From Octopus sinensis (lineage: Eukaryota), in NCBI RefSeq assembly GCF_006345805.1, contig NW_021824346.1:1-19054 (forward strand): 19,054 nucleotides of DNA, in the 5' to 3' direction. Below, piece by piece: positions 1 through 9,979 of this stretch; positions within the stretch are counted from its first letter, which is position 1, and each line of letters begins with the position of its first letter. Below the pieces are notes generated by a model. It did no database searches. It worked only from the letters and a program-made list of their open reading frames with translations, and was not told the origin of the DNA. The position numbers and the translations under genes are program-made.

Positions 1-34
1 ATCTGATGTGCTAACGATTCTTCCAGCACCCATC
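1..34 (-). mobile_element. 5' head remnant of a Meta-type tRNA SINE, cut by the window edge
   Basis: gtgctaacgattcttccagc resembles gtgctaacgtttctgccagc in the SINE head at 10346-10364. Confidence 0.4.

Positions 35-97
<63 letters not shown>
35..97. repeat. (AAT)n microsatellite
   Basis: Direct reading. Confidence 0.95.
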
Positions 98-98
<1 letters not shown>

Positions 99-100
99 TA

Positions 101-250
101 ATCCTTTCTACTATAGGCACAAGGCCTGAAATCTGGTGGTGGGAGGAACAGCCGATTACATTGACCCCAGTACGTAATTGGTACCGAAAGGATGAAACGG
201 AAATCGACCTCAGCGGAATTTGAACCGCTAAGCATTTCGCCCGGCGTACC
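101..250 (-). mobile_element. tRNA-derived SINE with Meta/MESC-like core, internally deleted
   Basis: Shares gaccccagtacg..ggtac..gaaaggatgaaa..tcgacctcagcggaatttgaac with the copies at 9980-10374. The B-box-like GTTCAAATTCC is on the minus strand. Confidence 0.7.
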
Positions 251-254
251 GATA

Positions 255-268
255 ACAACAACAACGAC

Positions 269-312
<44 letters not shown>

Positions 313-377
313 CGTAGAAGAAGAAGAAGAAGAAGAAGAAGAAGAAGAAGAAGAAGGAGAAGAAGAAGAAGAAGAAA
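255..377. repeat. Compound (AAC)/(AAT)/(GAA) microsatellite
   Basis: Direct reading. Confidence 0.95.
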
Positions 378-568
378 AGCAACCACCTGTTACCAATCTT
401 GAGCACAGGACCTTATCTAATCGCAGAGTTTGTCACGTGTTCAATGTGTAACGGAGAATTAACAATTACGCCATTTTGATATGATTAACAGAGCAAGTAT
501 TGTTGTGGCTTTACAGTGATGTTGTTGTGGTTGTTGCTGTTACTAGATTAAGTGTTATGGGGATGGCG

Positions 569-772
569 AGTGTGTGTGTGTGTATAAAGTGTGTTTGTGT
601 GTGTATGTACCTCTGCACGTGTGTGTGTGTGTGTGTATGCGTGCGGTGAGTTTACATACGCAGATTTGTTTAGAGTTCTCCCTACATTCGTGCATGTCTT
701 TTGGATAATACACCATGCGCATGCGTTTACATTCATATATACCTAAACACATACATACAACACAAACACACT

Positions 773-829
<57 letters not shown>

Positions 830-1019
830 ATATACATATATACATATATATACATATATACATATAATACATATATACATATATACAATATATAGTTATA
901 CATATTACATATATATACATATATACACACGTATATATATATATATATATATATTACATATATATAAATATATACATATATATTATATAAACATATATAT
1001 ATATACATGTATACACACA

Positions 1020-1050
<31 letters not shown>

Positions 1051-1090
1051 ATATATTATATATATATATATATATATATAACACAAGTAC
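569..1090. repeat. Compound (GT)/(CA)/(TA) microsatellite region
   Basis: Direct reading. Confidence 0.9.
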
Positions 1091-1339
1091 AGTATATATT
1101 CCAGGTTTGTCATGCGTTCAACTATAAATCATGTATATATACACTGCTTTAGTAATAGGTCAATTGTAAGGATGTGTATGCGCATGCATTGTATGGTTGT
1201 GCGTGTGTGTGTATGTGAGTGCGTAAATGTGTGCGCGTGACAAGTTATACGTCCGGTCATGTATATCTATCGACACACACACGCACATACACATATATAA
1301 AACACATACCAACATACATGCCCGCGCACACACACATAT

Positions 1340-1346
1340 CTATGTC

Positions 1347-1440
<94 letters not shown>

Positions 1441-1480
1441 TATGTCTGTCTGTCTGCCCGCCTGTCTGTCTGTCTTTCTA

Positions 1481-1521
<41 letters not shown>

Positions 1522-1675
1522 TTCTCTCTCTCTCCCTTCTCTCTCTCTCTCTATATATATATATACCTACGTATATCTATGTATGCCATTATGTGCTTAT
1601 ATATTTATATGTATGTATGCAACGTATGTATGTGTGCGTATATTATATATATATGTGGTGTGGGTATATATATAT

Positions 1676-1727
<52 letters not shown>

Positions 1728-1830
1728 ATAATATATATATTAAATACATATATATGTATGTATGTATGTATGTATATATCCACATGTGTAGAACAGAGAC
1801 AAAGAGAGAGAGAGAGAGATAGGCACATAA
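1340..1830. repeat. Compound (TCTG)/(TCTA)/(TA)/(TG)/(TC)/(TATG)/(GA) microsatellite region
   Basis: Direct reading. Confidence 0.9.
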
Positions 1831-2203
1831 ATAGATATACGTACTGAACAAGTACTTAAGTACTTGAAAAATACGTCGAAGGAATGTTAAGAGCTCAAAT
1901 TATTAACATTGACATAAAAACGCAAAATAATTTTTGAAGAATGGAAAACAAAGATTTCAATTCAAAATCGCATTTGTCTATTTAATTTCTTTTTTCTGCA
2001 GTTGTTTCTGTAGCTTAAGTGCAAACATCAACAACCATTTTATTGTTAAATATTTAATGTTTAATTAATGCATAATTAAAATATTTGATGATTAATGATG
2101 AATTAGTCATTTCTTCGGGAAAGAATCAGTGATATGTGAAAATCAAAATATAGATGCTGTTATGCAAATAACCTACAAAGAGAAATTAAAGGGAAAACCA
2201 AAT

Positions 2204-2207
<4 letters not shown>

Positions 2208-2246
<39 letters not shown>

Positions 2247-2277
2247 CACACACACACACATACACACACACACACAT
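2208..2277. repeat. (CA)n microsatellite
   Basis: Direct reading. Confidence 0.95.
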
Positions 2278-2307
2278 AGGTTCTCATTCCTAAAGTATTT
2301 TTCGATG

Positions 2308-2339
2308 TTATTATTATTATTATTATTATTTTATTATTA

Positions 2340-2394
<55 letters not shown>

Positions 2395-2410
2395 TGTTAT
2401 TATTATTATT
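2308..2410. repeat. (ATT)n tract, the (AAT)n tail/target of the adjacent LINE
   Basis: Direct reading. It abuts the LINE 3' UTR. Confidence 0.9.
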
Positions 2411-2854
2411 TTATGTTTGACTTTTGCTTTGCATTTGTACAAGCTGGCTCCAAGTCTCACCCAGAGACCTCAAGAGACAACAAGTTGGAAGTTCATGTTG
2501 GTGTTATGCCTAGGTTGCCATATATTTGGTTTTGTACTTAGTTTTGTTCTAGAGAATGTTTAAGAAACCATAAGAAAATTATGTTTGTTTTAAAACTTGA
2601 GAATACATAGAAAGTATTTTGCGTAGGATATGAGCAGTTCCCATGGGCACTATCTTTTAAATTTCTGCCATTTTGGGGTTTCCTGGTATCTGAGTTAGGT
2701 AGCAATCAACCCCTTTTGCTATCATTCTCAGGGCACCTATGACAACAGGTATTGTTTTAGTCTTCAGGTTCCGAATTTTGCTTATTTCTATTTCAAGATC
2801 TTTATATTTGCTCAGATTTTGGTAGGTCTTGACAGATACGTTTATATCGATTGG
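2411..2854 (-). mobile_element. 5'-truncated Dong/R4-clade non-LTR retrotransposon (RLE domain C-terminus, 3' UTR) inserted in a (TAA)n tract
   Basis: Minus frame 2854-2579 translates PIDINVSVKTYQNLSKYKDLEIEISKIRNLKTKTIPVVIGALRMIAKGVDCYLTQIPGNPKMAEI*KIVPMGTAHILRKILSM. This matches the R4/Dong C-terminal pattern KY.DL..EI...IPVVIGALG...IQK...GTA.ILR. There is one internal stop, and (ATT)n lies on both sides. Confidence 0.85.
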
Positions 2855-2872
2855 TTATTATTATTATTATTA

Positions 2873-2910
<38 letters not shown>

Positions 2911-2937
2911 TATTATTATATTATCATCATTATTATT
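2855..2937. repeat. (ATT)n tract
   Basis: Direct reading. Confidence 0.9.
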
Positions 2938-2958
2938 CAGGTTAATAATTATTATTCA

Positions 2959-3051
2959 GCGGGCATATAGCGTAGTGATTCAGAGCTAGGGTTACTAACC
3001 CCAAGATTCCGAGTTCGATTCCAGACAGTGACCTGAATAATAATAATAATG

Positions 3052-3124
<73 letters not shown>

Positions 3125-3282
3125 TAACAACATCGAAAAATACCTTAGGAATGAGAACCCAGGTTCGAAATTTCCCCAAGACACCTGATGAAGGCTGGAG
3201 GGTATATCAGCCGAAATGTTGTGTTAACAACAAACAAGATGAGGACAAATATCCGTCAAATGTAAATAATGTAAATAATGTA
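2959..3282 (+). mobile_element. tRNA-headed SINE-like element with internal (AAT)n and a 3' hammerhead ribozyme
   Basis: A-box-like TAGCGTAGTGA 2968-2978, anticodon-like arm taggg-ttactaa-cccca, B-box GAGTTCGATTCC 3011-3022. Then (AAT)n about 3036-3130, HHR 3180-3225 and an aatgtaaat repeat tail. First T4 run at 3290-3293. Confidence 0.7.
3180..3225 (+). ncRNA. Minimal type I hammerhead ribozyme (Penelope-like)
   Basis: Stem I gacac(3180-84)/gtgtt(3221-25). CTGATGA 3185-91 plus an extra A. Stem II ggctg/cagcc with a 10-nt loop. GAAA 3213-16. Loopless stem III A-T-G-T, probably ACGT before CpG decay. Predicted cut after GUU at 3220. Confidence 0.7.
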
Positions 3283-3559
3283 CTGACACTTTTGTTGTGT
3301 GAATGGAATCAAACAGCTAGAACCAAGATTCCGAAACATGGCGTTATGGATGGATGGACTCCTCGTCTCACCATTGGCTTCTCTAAAACGTTTCCTCTGA
3401 TGTTGCTGAAATATCGAAATGTGGAATTAGGTATAATCAAAATAATATCGATTTTTGTTTATTCGATACCTGGCTCATAGGTTAATACGAAAAATTATCA
3501 TAGTCGATCGAATCGAAATCGATACTCTAATGGAAATTCGTTTTCCTTGATTTACAGAC

Positions 3560-3585
3560 GGGGTGGCGGCGGGGCGGGGAGGGGG
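3560..3585 (+). other. Canonical G-quadruplex motif containing a GC box
   Basis: gggg-tggcggc-gggg-c-gggg-a-ggggg, with GGGGCGGGG at 3571-3579. Confidence 0.45.
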
Positions 3586-3676
3586 TGAGAAGCTAAATCA
3601 GCCTCGGTTAGGAGGGAACTCAGTGGAGCGAAGTAACTCCTCCTGCTGCTGCTGGTGCTCCTCCCCCTTCTCCTCC

Positions 3677-3743
3677 TCTTCTTCTTCTTCTTCTTCTTCT
3701 TCTTCTTCTTCTTCTTGCCGTCGTCGTCGTCGTCATCATTATC

Positions 3744-3777
<34 letters not shown>

Positions 3778-3795
3778 ACGTCGTCATCATCATCT
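3677..3795. repeat. (CTT)/(CGT)/(CAT) compound microsatellite
   Basis: Direct reading. Confidence 0.9.
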
Positions 3796-3796
3796 T

Positions 3797-4114
3797 CTTT
3801 GTAAGCCTAGTACTTATTCTATCGGACTCTTTTGACGAACCGCTAAGTTACGGGGACGTAAACACACCAGCATCGGTTGTCAAGCCATACTGAGGGGACA
3901 AACACAGGCACAAAAACATATACACACACATGCATATATATACATATATACGACGGGCTTCTTTCAGTTTCCATCCACCAAATCCACTCATAAGGCTTTG
4001 GTCGGCCCTAGGCTATAGTAGAAGACCCTTGCCCAAGGTGCCATGCAGTGGGACTAAACCCGGAACCATGTGGTTCGTAAACAAGCTACTTACCACACAG
4101 CCACTCCTACGCCT
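3797..4114 (-). mobile_element. tRNA-derived SINE (octopus OR/OK-like family B)
   Basis: Minus head aggcgtaggagtggctgtgtggtaag...ccgggtttagtccc carries A- and B-box-like motifs. It is collinear with the copy at 5951-6390. Confidence 0.8.
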
Positions 4115-4451
4115 CCTTACAGACATTGTTGTAATATGAGGGCTAGCTGTTTGATTTTCTTTTGTTTTTTCAATTCTTTTTCTTTTGAAAACCCTGCCTT
4201 ATCCAGATTGTCACGTAGGTATTTACTCACAAAACTAATTATCATTGGTAGAATCGCCATGTTGAATCGCTACACGCATTTTTTTTCTCTCCTTGTTTCT
4301 CTCCGTGTTTTTTTTCTGTGTATCTTTCTGTTGAAGAGCGTAGGCTCGAAACGTAAAAGACTTGTTTTATTTATATTCCTGAGCGCCATACTAATACAAT
4401 TGTTTGTTTGTATTCCACCTGCCTTCGTTTTTTGTTTATTTTCATAAAGCT

Positions 4452-4638
4452 TCCCGTTGAATTTATAATATGGATATAAACGCAGGAGGTTCCGAAGCAA
4501 TTGTCTCCCCCACCTTTTTCTCTTTGATTTCCACAGAGATATTTACGTCAGTAGAACAGCTGACCTCTATGACGAAACATACTTTTTCTTGTCTGACCCA
4601 AACAACAATATCCAGCCTGAGATGCTTACACTTGACAG
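4452..4638 (-). pseudogene. Restriction-like endonuclease (PD-(D/E)xK) fragment of an R2-superfamily non-LTR retrotransposon
   Basis: SVKCKHLRLDIVVWVRQEKVCFVIEVSCSTDVNISVEIKEK, then a frameshift to LLRNLLRLYPYYKF. This fits the RLE pattern (N)RPDIV......C..IEVS.P.D.N....EK. Confidence 0.7.
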
Positions 4639-4662
4639 ATGTGTTGTGCGTGTGCGAGTGCG

Positions 4663-5080
4663 TATGTATGTATGTATGCATTTATGTATGCATGTGTGTA
4701 TGTATGTATGTATGTATGTATGTATGTATGTATGTATGAATATATTTATGTATGTATGTATGTATGTATGTATGTATGTATGTGTGTATGTATGTATGTA
4801 TGTATGTATTTATGTATTATGTATGTATGTATGTATGTATGTATGTATGTATGTATGTATGTGTGTATGTATGTATGTATGAATATATTTATGTATGTAT
4901 GTATGTATGTATGTATGTGTGTATGTATGTATGTATGTATGTATGTATGTATGTATGTATGTATGTGTGTATGTATGTATGTATGTATGTATGTATGTAT
5001 GTGTGTATGTATGTATGTATGTATGTATGTATGTATGCATGTATGTATGAATATATTTATGTATGTATGTATGTATGTAC
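4663..5080. repeat. Long (TATG)n microsatellite with periodic gaatatattt interruptions
   Basis: Direct reading. Confidence 0.95.
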
Positions 5081-5394
5081 GTGTGTGTGTGTGTATACAT
5101 GACTGCGTGTGTGCGTATGTATGCAAATATATACATACGTTTTTTATATGTGCATGTGTGTGTAAATATATGCATGTGCATATATATATATGTGTGTGTG
5201 TGTATGCATTGTATATATGTATGTGTGTGTAAATACACACACATATGGGTATAAATATTTCTGTACATGTGTATCTATATGTTTGCATATAGAAATTCAT
5301 ACATACATACATACATTCATACATACATACATAATATATACATACTGCGCACACATATACGGATTGAGATAGATAAATAGAAAGATAGACAAAC

Positions 5395-5487
<93 letters not shown>

Positions 5488-5537
5488 TATAGATAAATAA
5501 ATTGATAGATAGATAGATAGATAGATAGATAGGTAGG

Positions 5538-5586
<49 letters not shown>

Positions 5587-5630
5587 GATAGATAGATAGA
5601 TAGATAGATAGACAGATAGATTGATAGATA
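5395..5630. repeat. (AGAT)n microsatellite
   Basis: Direct reading. Confidence 0.95.
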
Positions 5631-5950
5631 GATTTTTTGACTGATTGATAGAGATAGAATGACAGGTATTCCGTTGAAGATAATGGTTCCTTGCAGCGCT
5701 ACATAAAACCGTATTGGATTACTTTGGAGTAGTATGACTATTAACACCGGATGTAACCCGCTCCCAAACGGTGACTTAAATACTCGTCGGAGATCTGTCT
5801 TTCAAATATGATATGGTCAAAAAGTGTGGAATTTACAACGATGATGTTTTTCTCGGTAAATTTTCAAAAAAAATTCCTTTTATCTTTTATGTCTTGCAGC
5901 TGCATCGATTTTTATCGGTTGAAACATAAGAAACTATATCTTCATTCATC

Positions 5951-6390
5951 TTTATTTTACTTTTACTTTTTTTACTTGTTTCAGTCATTAAACTACGGCC
6001 ATGCTGGGGCACCACCTTGAAGAATGTTCGTTGGACGAGTCGACCACAGGACTTATTGTTTTTTTTTTTAAAGCCTGTTACTTATCCTATCGGCCCTTTT
6101 TGTTAAACGGCGTGGTTACGGGGATGTAAACACACCAACACCGGTCCTCAAGCAGTGGTGTGGGTGGGTGGGGTTGCAAACACAGATACAAAGACACGCA
6201 CATATATACACACACTTATGTATATACGACAGGCTTCTTTCAGTTTCCATCTACCAAATCCACTCACAAGGATTTGGTCGGCCCGTGGCTATAATAGAAG
6301 ACACTTGCCGAAGGTGCCATGCAGTGGGGCTGAACCCGGAACCATGTGGTTGGTAAGCAAGCTTCTTACCACACAGCTACGCCTGCGCCT
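5951..6390 (-). mobile_element. Near full-length tRNA-derived SINE (family B)
   Basis: Collinear with 3797-4114. It also includes the 3' tail tggccgtagtttaatgactgaaacaagtaaaaaaagtaaaagtaaaa (minus strand). Confidence 0.85.
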
Positions 6391-6417
6391 ATATACAACA
6401 ATCTCCCTTGCCCTTGT

Positions 6418-6552
6418 CCACCAAATCCACTCACAATGATCTGTTCAGTCCGAGGCTATAGGGGAAGACACTTGCCCAAGGTGCCACACAGTGGGACTGA
6501 ATCTAAAACCATATGGCTGGGAAGGAAAATTATTACCCCGCAGACACGCTCC
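6418..6552 (-). mobile_element. Partial diverged family B SINE (5' half)
   Basis: caccaaatccactcacaa...gaagacacttgcccaaggtgccacacagtgggactgaa repeats 6253-6335. Confidence 0.75.
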
Positions 6553-6880
6553 TGAATAAATCGTACACTAGATACCGAATGGGCGTGATTTCTCTTTCTA
6601 GAAATTTCCTCTATTGAACAATTTCTCAGAGTGGTTTTCGAAGTCCAGAACTAAGCACCATTATCGAACGCCAGGTTAATATAAAATATATATTTTTATA
6701 ATATTTTTTTATACACTCATCGTTTTCAATATCCTGAGTTTCGTAATCCGCTTCATGGTAACATTTCAAAACGGAATTACATTTCATCGGTCATTATTCG
6801 GAAAAGCTATCGCGTTGTTACATCTCATCATATTTCCTTACTTATTTACGATCTTCGCCCGTTATGGAGCACATACCGTC

Positions 6881-7228
6881 AGTGGAGGTGCAATGGCTCA
6901 GTGGTTAGAGCAGCGGACTCGCGGTCGGAGGATCGCGGTTTCGATTCCCAGACCGGGCGTTGTGTGTGCTTATTGAGCGAAAACACCTAAAGCTCCACGA
7001 GGCTCTGGCAAGGTGGGGTGGAGACCCCTGTTGTACTCTTTCGCTCCAACTTTCTCTCACTCTTTCTTCCTGTTTCTTGTCCCCGACTTACTACGCAACC
7101 GCTGAGCCTGGATGCGCATTTATCCATCCGTCGATGCTTTCTCTTCTGCGGGTCTTACGAATAGCAAAGGACCACGTTTCGGACTTCTCCCATCTTGCGA
7201 GCTCTGGGACGAAGACCGTTCGCTCAAC
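6881..7228 (+). mobile_element. Full-length tRNA-derived SINE (family C) with a 13-bp TSD
   Basis: A-box TGGCTCAGTGG and B-box GGTTTCGATTCC. Perfect direct repeat agcacataccgtc at 6868-6880 and 7229-7241. Confidence 0.85.
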
Positions 7229-7564
7229 AGCACATACCGTCGAATGTTTTTCTCCACTGTTCCCGACTCTAGGTTGTCTTCAGGATCATTCCTTCAATAT
7301 GGTGTGTGTGTGAGGGGTGGGGATTATTTTTCTGAAGGAAAGGCTTCTTCTATGTGGTCATGGATTGTCATCGATGCTTCCCATTGTGATTATTACTTTG
7401 TAACCACGTGACCATGAGAGGTTCCATCCTAAGAGATTAATTACCATCACAAATTAAAGCCCATAACTGCCTTACCTCTGAAATGCAGTTGCTCTGATGA
7501 GAACAAATATCACCGTATTGTTTTCCCCTCCCAGCATTTTATAAGTAATGTGGTCAGTCCATCA

Positions 7565-7795
7565 TTACTCCTTAAGGAGCATAGGGCCAATTCCCCGGTT
7601 TCTCTGGTTTGTATATTTCTCACTGGACAGGACACTGGTCAGTTGCAACGTTACTCATTTTTGCTAGCTGAGTGGACTGGAGTAACCCGAAATGAAGTGT
7701 TTTGCTCAATAACACATCGCATCGTCTGGTCCAGGAATCGAAACCAAAATCTTACGATCATTAATCCAGCACCCTTAACCACTAAGCCACGTGCC
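7565..7795 (-). mobile_element. Diverged tRNA-derived SINE (family D)
   Basis: Minus head ggcacgtggcttagtggttaagg...ggtttcgattcctggacc has A and B boxes. The following ttgagcaaaacac segment resembles family C. Confidence 0.7.
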
Positions 7796-8157
7796 AACAC
7801 GCAAGTAATGTTGGTGATTAGAATCACTTGCTTGTCTTGTAACCTCTCCACTACAAAGTTCACTCCTTGTTGCAATGTGGTGACTTGTATGACACAATAG
7901 CCGTCAGAGCTATACCAGCGGAGCAGAAACTCCAAGGAAGGTCTCCTTTGCTGAACAGGTCAAAGGATAGACGCCAGACTAATACAGGCCACCTTTTTTT
8001 TTTCAGATGTAAAAATGGGTTTACCTAGGGCCAATACACCGACCTAGAAAAAATATCAAGGTTAGAGAAATATCGATGACATTTCAAAGCCAACAAAATC
8101 TGGGAGACGAAGGCCTTCCTTCAGGGAAACACACACGAAAGGTGGAAGAGAGGACGT

Positions 8158-8159
8158 AA

Positions 8160-8194
<35 letters not shown>

Positions 8195-8217
8195 AGAGAT
8201 AAATAAATAAATAAATA
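8158..8217. repeat. (AAAT)n microsatellite
   Basis: Direct reading. Confidence 0.9.
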
Positions 8218-8221
8218 GTAT

Positions 8222-8360
8222 AGGAGGCTGGATACTGAAGCAGGACTGAAAAACTAGGGATCCACCTGGAGAAAATCAGATAAGGCAGCCCAAAGTGAAG
8301 ATTAGCGGGGGCAAGTCGTCGACGGCCTGTGCTCCCTAAGGGGGCGAAATACTAAAAAGA
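8222..8360 (+). mobile_element. Decayed 3' end of an RTE-clade LINE (SR2/Perere-like C-terminus)
   Basis: Frame from 8222 reads RRLDTEAGLKN*GSTWRKSDKAAQSED*RGQVVDGLCSLRG. This resembles the RTE C-terminus ..TW..L.K.AQ.R..WR.VVDGLCS. Two stops. Confidence 0.6.
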
Positions 8361-9030
8361 AAAGTACAATGTTCACTTGTTTTTATCAGTAGCCATCAGT
8401 ATGGCTTTTGAAAACGAAATCCACCGAAAGTATTCCTCACACAACAAGAAGGATCTCTTATCTGTTAAAAAAACAAAAATCCCTAAGTACCAAAAGGGAA
8501 AAAAAAACTGACAAACAAAAAGCAATTATCTCCTCACCTCTTTTTTTTTACCTTCATCAGCAAAGCTTCCTCGTTTAGCGTAAGATTCTTCTGAAGCATG
8601 TTCTTGCCTGTAATCGCAGCCCATCATTTGTCACCTGTCTTGTAAGATCTTAACGGTTCGATCTATCACGTGTCGATAGCTTCTTATCTAATCTTTATCA
8701 ACTCAGGGCTCAATTCCTGTTTCCTCCTTTCTCTTTCGTATTTTAGCAGTTTCTTGTCGTCACTTGTAAATCATCAACGACTACCGTACAGAGGATAACA
8801 TGCCTTCGCATCGTCACCTTGTTGAACGTAGATCTCATACACACACACGCGCGCGCGCGCGTACACACATACACACGCATACATACACGTATATACACTC
8901 ACTCATTCGCACGCGCACGCACATACACACACTTACACTCATATACACACATGCACACACATACACAAAAATGTATATAGACACATATAGACACATTCAT
9001 TCGCATGCACACACATGCACACATACACAC

Positions 9031-9298
9031 ACACCGAAAAATGGCGACACAGCAGTCAAAAAATCGTAAAAAATAAGAATTTTCATAGAAAAAAAGCACC
9101 TTTTTGATGTAAATAATTTTTGCTCTTAATATGATCCGATTTGAAATTTTTCTTCTACGGAAGGAAGAGCAAGCTTTATTCTATCATATTCTCAATTTTG
9201 GTCAATTTGGGCCGCAGGGTCTCGGAAGAGATAGTGTTAGTTGAAGGCTACCAAACCTGCCACACACAGACAACTTCAGCTTTATATAAAGAGAGAGA
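9031..9298 (-). mobile_element. Probable Helitron 5'-terminal fragment; terminus duplicated at 9503
   Basis: Minus strand starts A|TCTCTCTCTTTATATAAAGCTGAAGTTGTCTGTGTGTG: a TC start after A, then TATATAAA and a GTCTGT run. This recalls animal Helitron 5' ends. No 3' CTAG hairpin end was found. Confidence 0.45.
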
Positions 9299-9575
9299 TA
9301 AGCGACTGGGATCCCATTTGCCTTCAACAGATCGTCGGCCCGTGGCAGGATCCAAAGTCAATGATTTCGAAGAGCAAGCTTTCTTCTATCATATTCTCAA
9401 TTTTGGTCAATTTGGGCCGCAGGGTCTCGGAAGAGATAGTGTTAGTTGAAGGCTACCAAACCTGCCACACACAGACAACTTCAGCTTTATATAAAGAGAG
9501 AGATAAGCGACTGGGATCCCATTTGCCTTCAACAGATCGTCGGCCCGTGGCAGGATTCAAAGTCAATAATTTCGA
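9164..9575. repeat. 205-bp direct tandem duplication (2 units)
   Basis: gaagagcaagc at 9164 and 9369. Three substitutions were seen between the units. Confidence 0.95.
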
Positions 9576-9594
9576 GGAGAAGTGAGTCGCCAAT

Positions 9595-9756
9595 TTCTTT
9601 GACCCATTACTTCAGTAGCACTTTATTTTATCGACCCCGGTGGGATGAAAAGCAAAGTTGACTTCGGTGCGATTTGAAAATAGATCATGGTATGTCGGAA
9701 AAAATGCCGCTAAGTATTGTTTTCTGATGCTCTAAGAATTATGCCAGCTCGCTGCC
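9595..9756 (-). mobile_element. Diverged Meta-type SINE
   Basis: tttatcgaccccggtgggatgaaaagcaaagttgacttcgg...gccagctcgctgcc. Confidence 0.7.
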
Positions 9757-9824
9757 ATATTCTAGCTATAAGAACGGAAGGAAAATATTTCAGCGTAATA
9801 TTTGTTTGAAATTTTGGCTGGAGG

Positions 9825-9979
9825 CCTGCAATTTCGAGGGAGAACGCATGTCTCAATTACATCAACCCAAGCATCCAACTGGTACTCATTTTATCGTCCC
9901 CGAAAACAATGAAAAGCAAGGTCGACCTTGGCTGAATTTGAACTCAGAACTTTCAGCATCTCGCCCGGCGCGTTAACCA
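9825..9979 (-). mobile_element. Older Meta-type SINE interrupted in its head; the rest lies at 10375-10409
   Basis: The core is present. The head continues after the insertion as cccggcgcgttaaccattcaaccagctcgcggcc. Confidence 0.75.

Noticed and set aside
548-1851. Many ORFs of 60-200 aa (also at 4589-5747, 12283-13354, 13369-13714)
   Set aside because: They are translations of microsatellites (YI, CV, MYVC, poly-D/I/M) that simply lack stops.
2959-3033. Functional tRNA gene (also 18111-18184 and the SINE heads)
   Set aside because: Acceptor and anticodon stems are mismatched, and the sequences run into repeat bodies or are otherwise degenerate.
7494-7500. CTGATGA with an upstream GAAA (possible type II HHR)
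   Set aside because: Stems I and II cannot form.
8078-8124. Minus-strand HHR-like CTGAAGG-aaggcc..ggcttt-GAAATGTC
   Set aside because: A9 is G and stem I does not pair (gtttcc versus atcgat). At most a decayed remnant.
8551-8640. Donor-like GAAG|GTAAAA on the minus strand with a short open frame
   Set aside because: No convincing acceptor, upstream stops, and no recognisable product.
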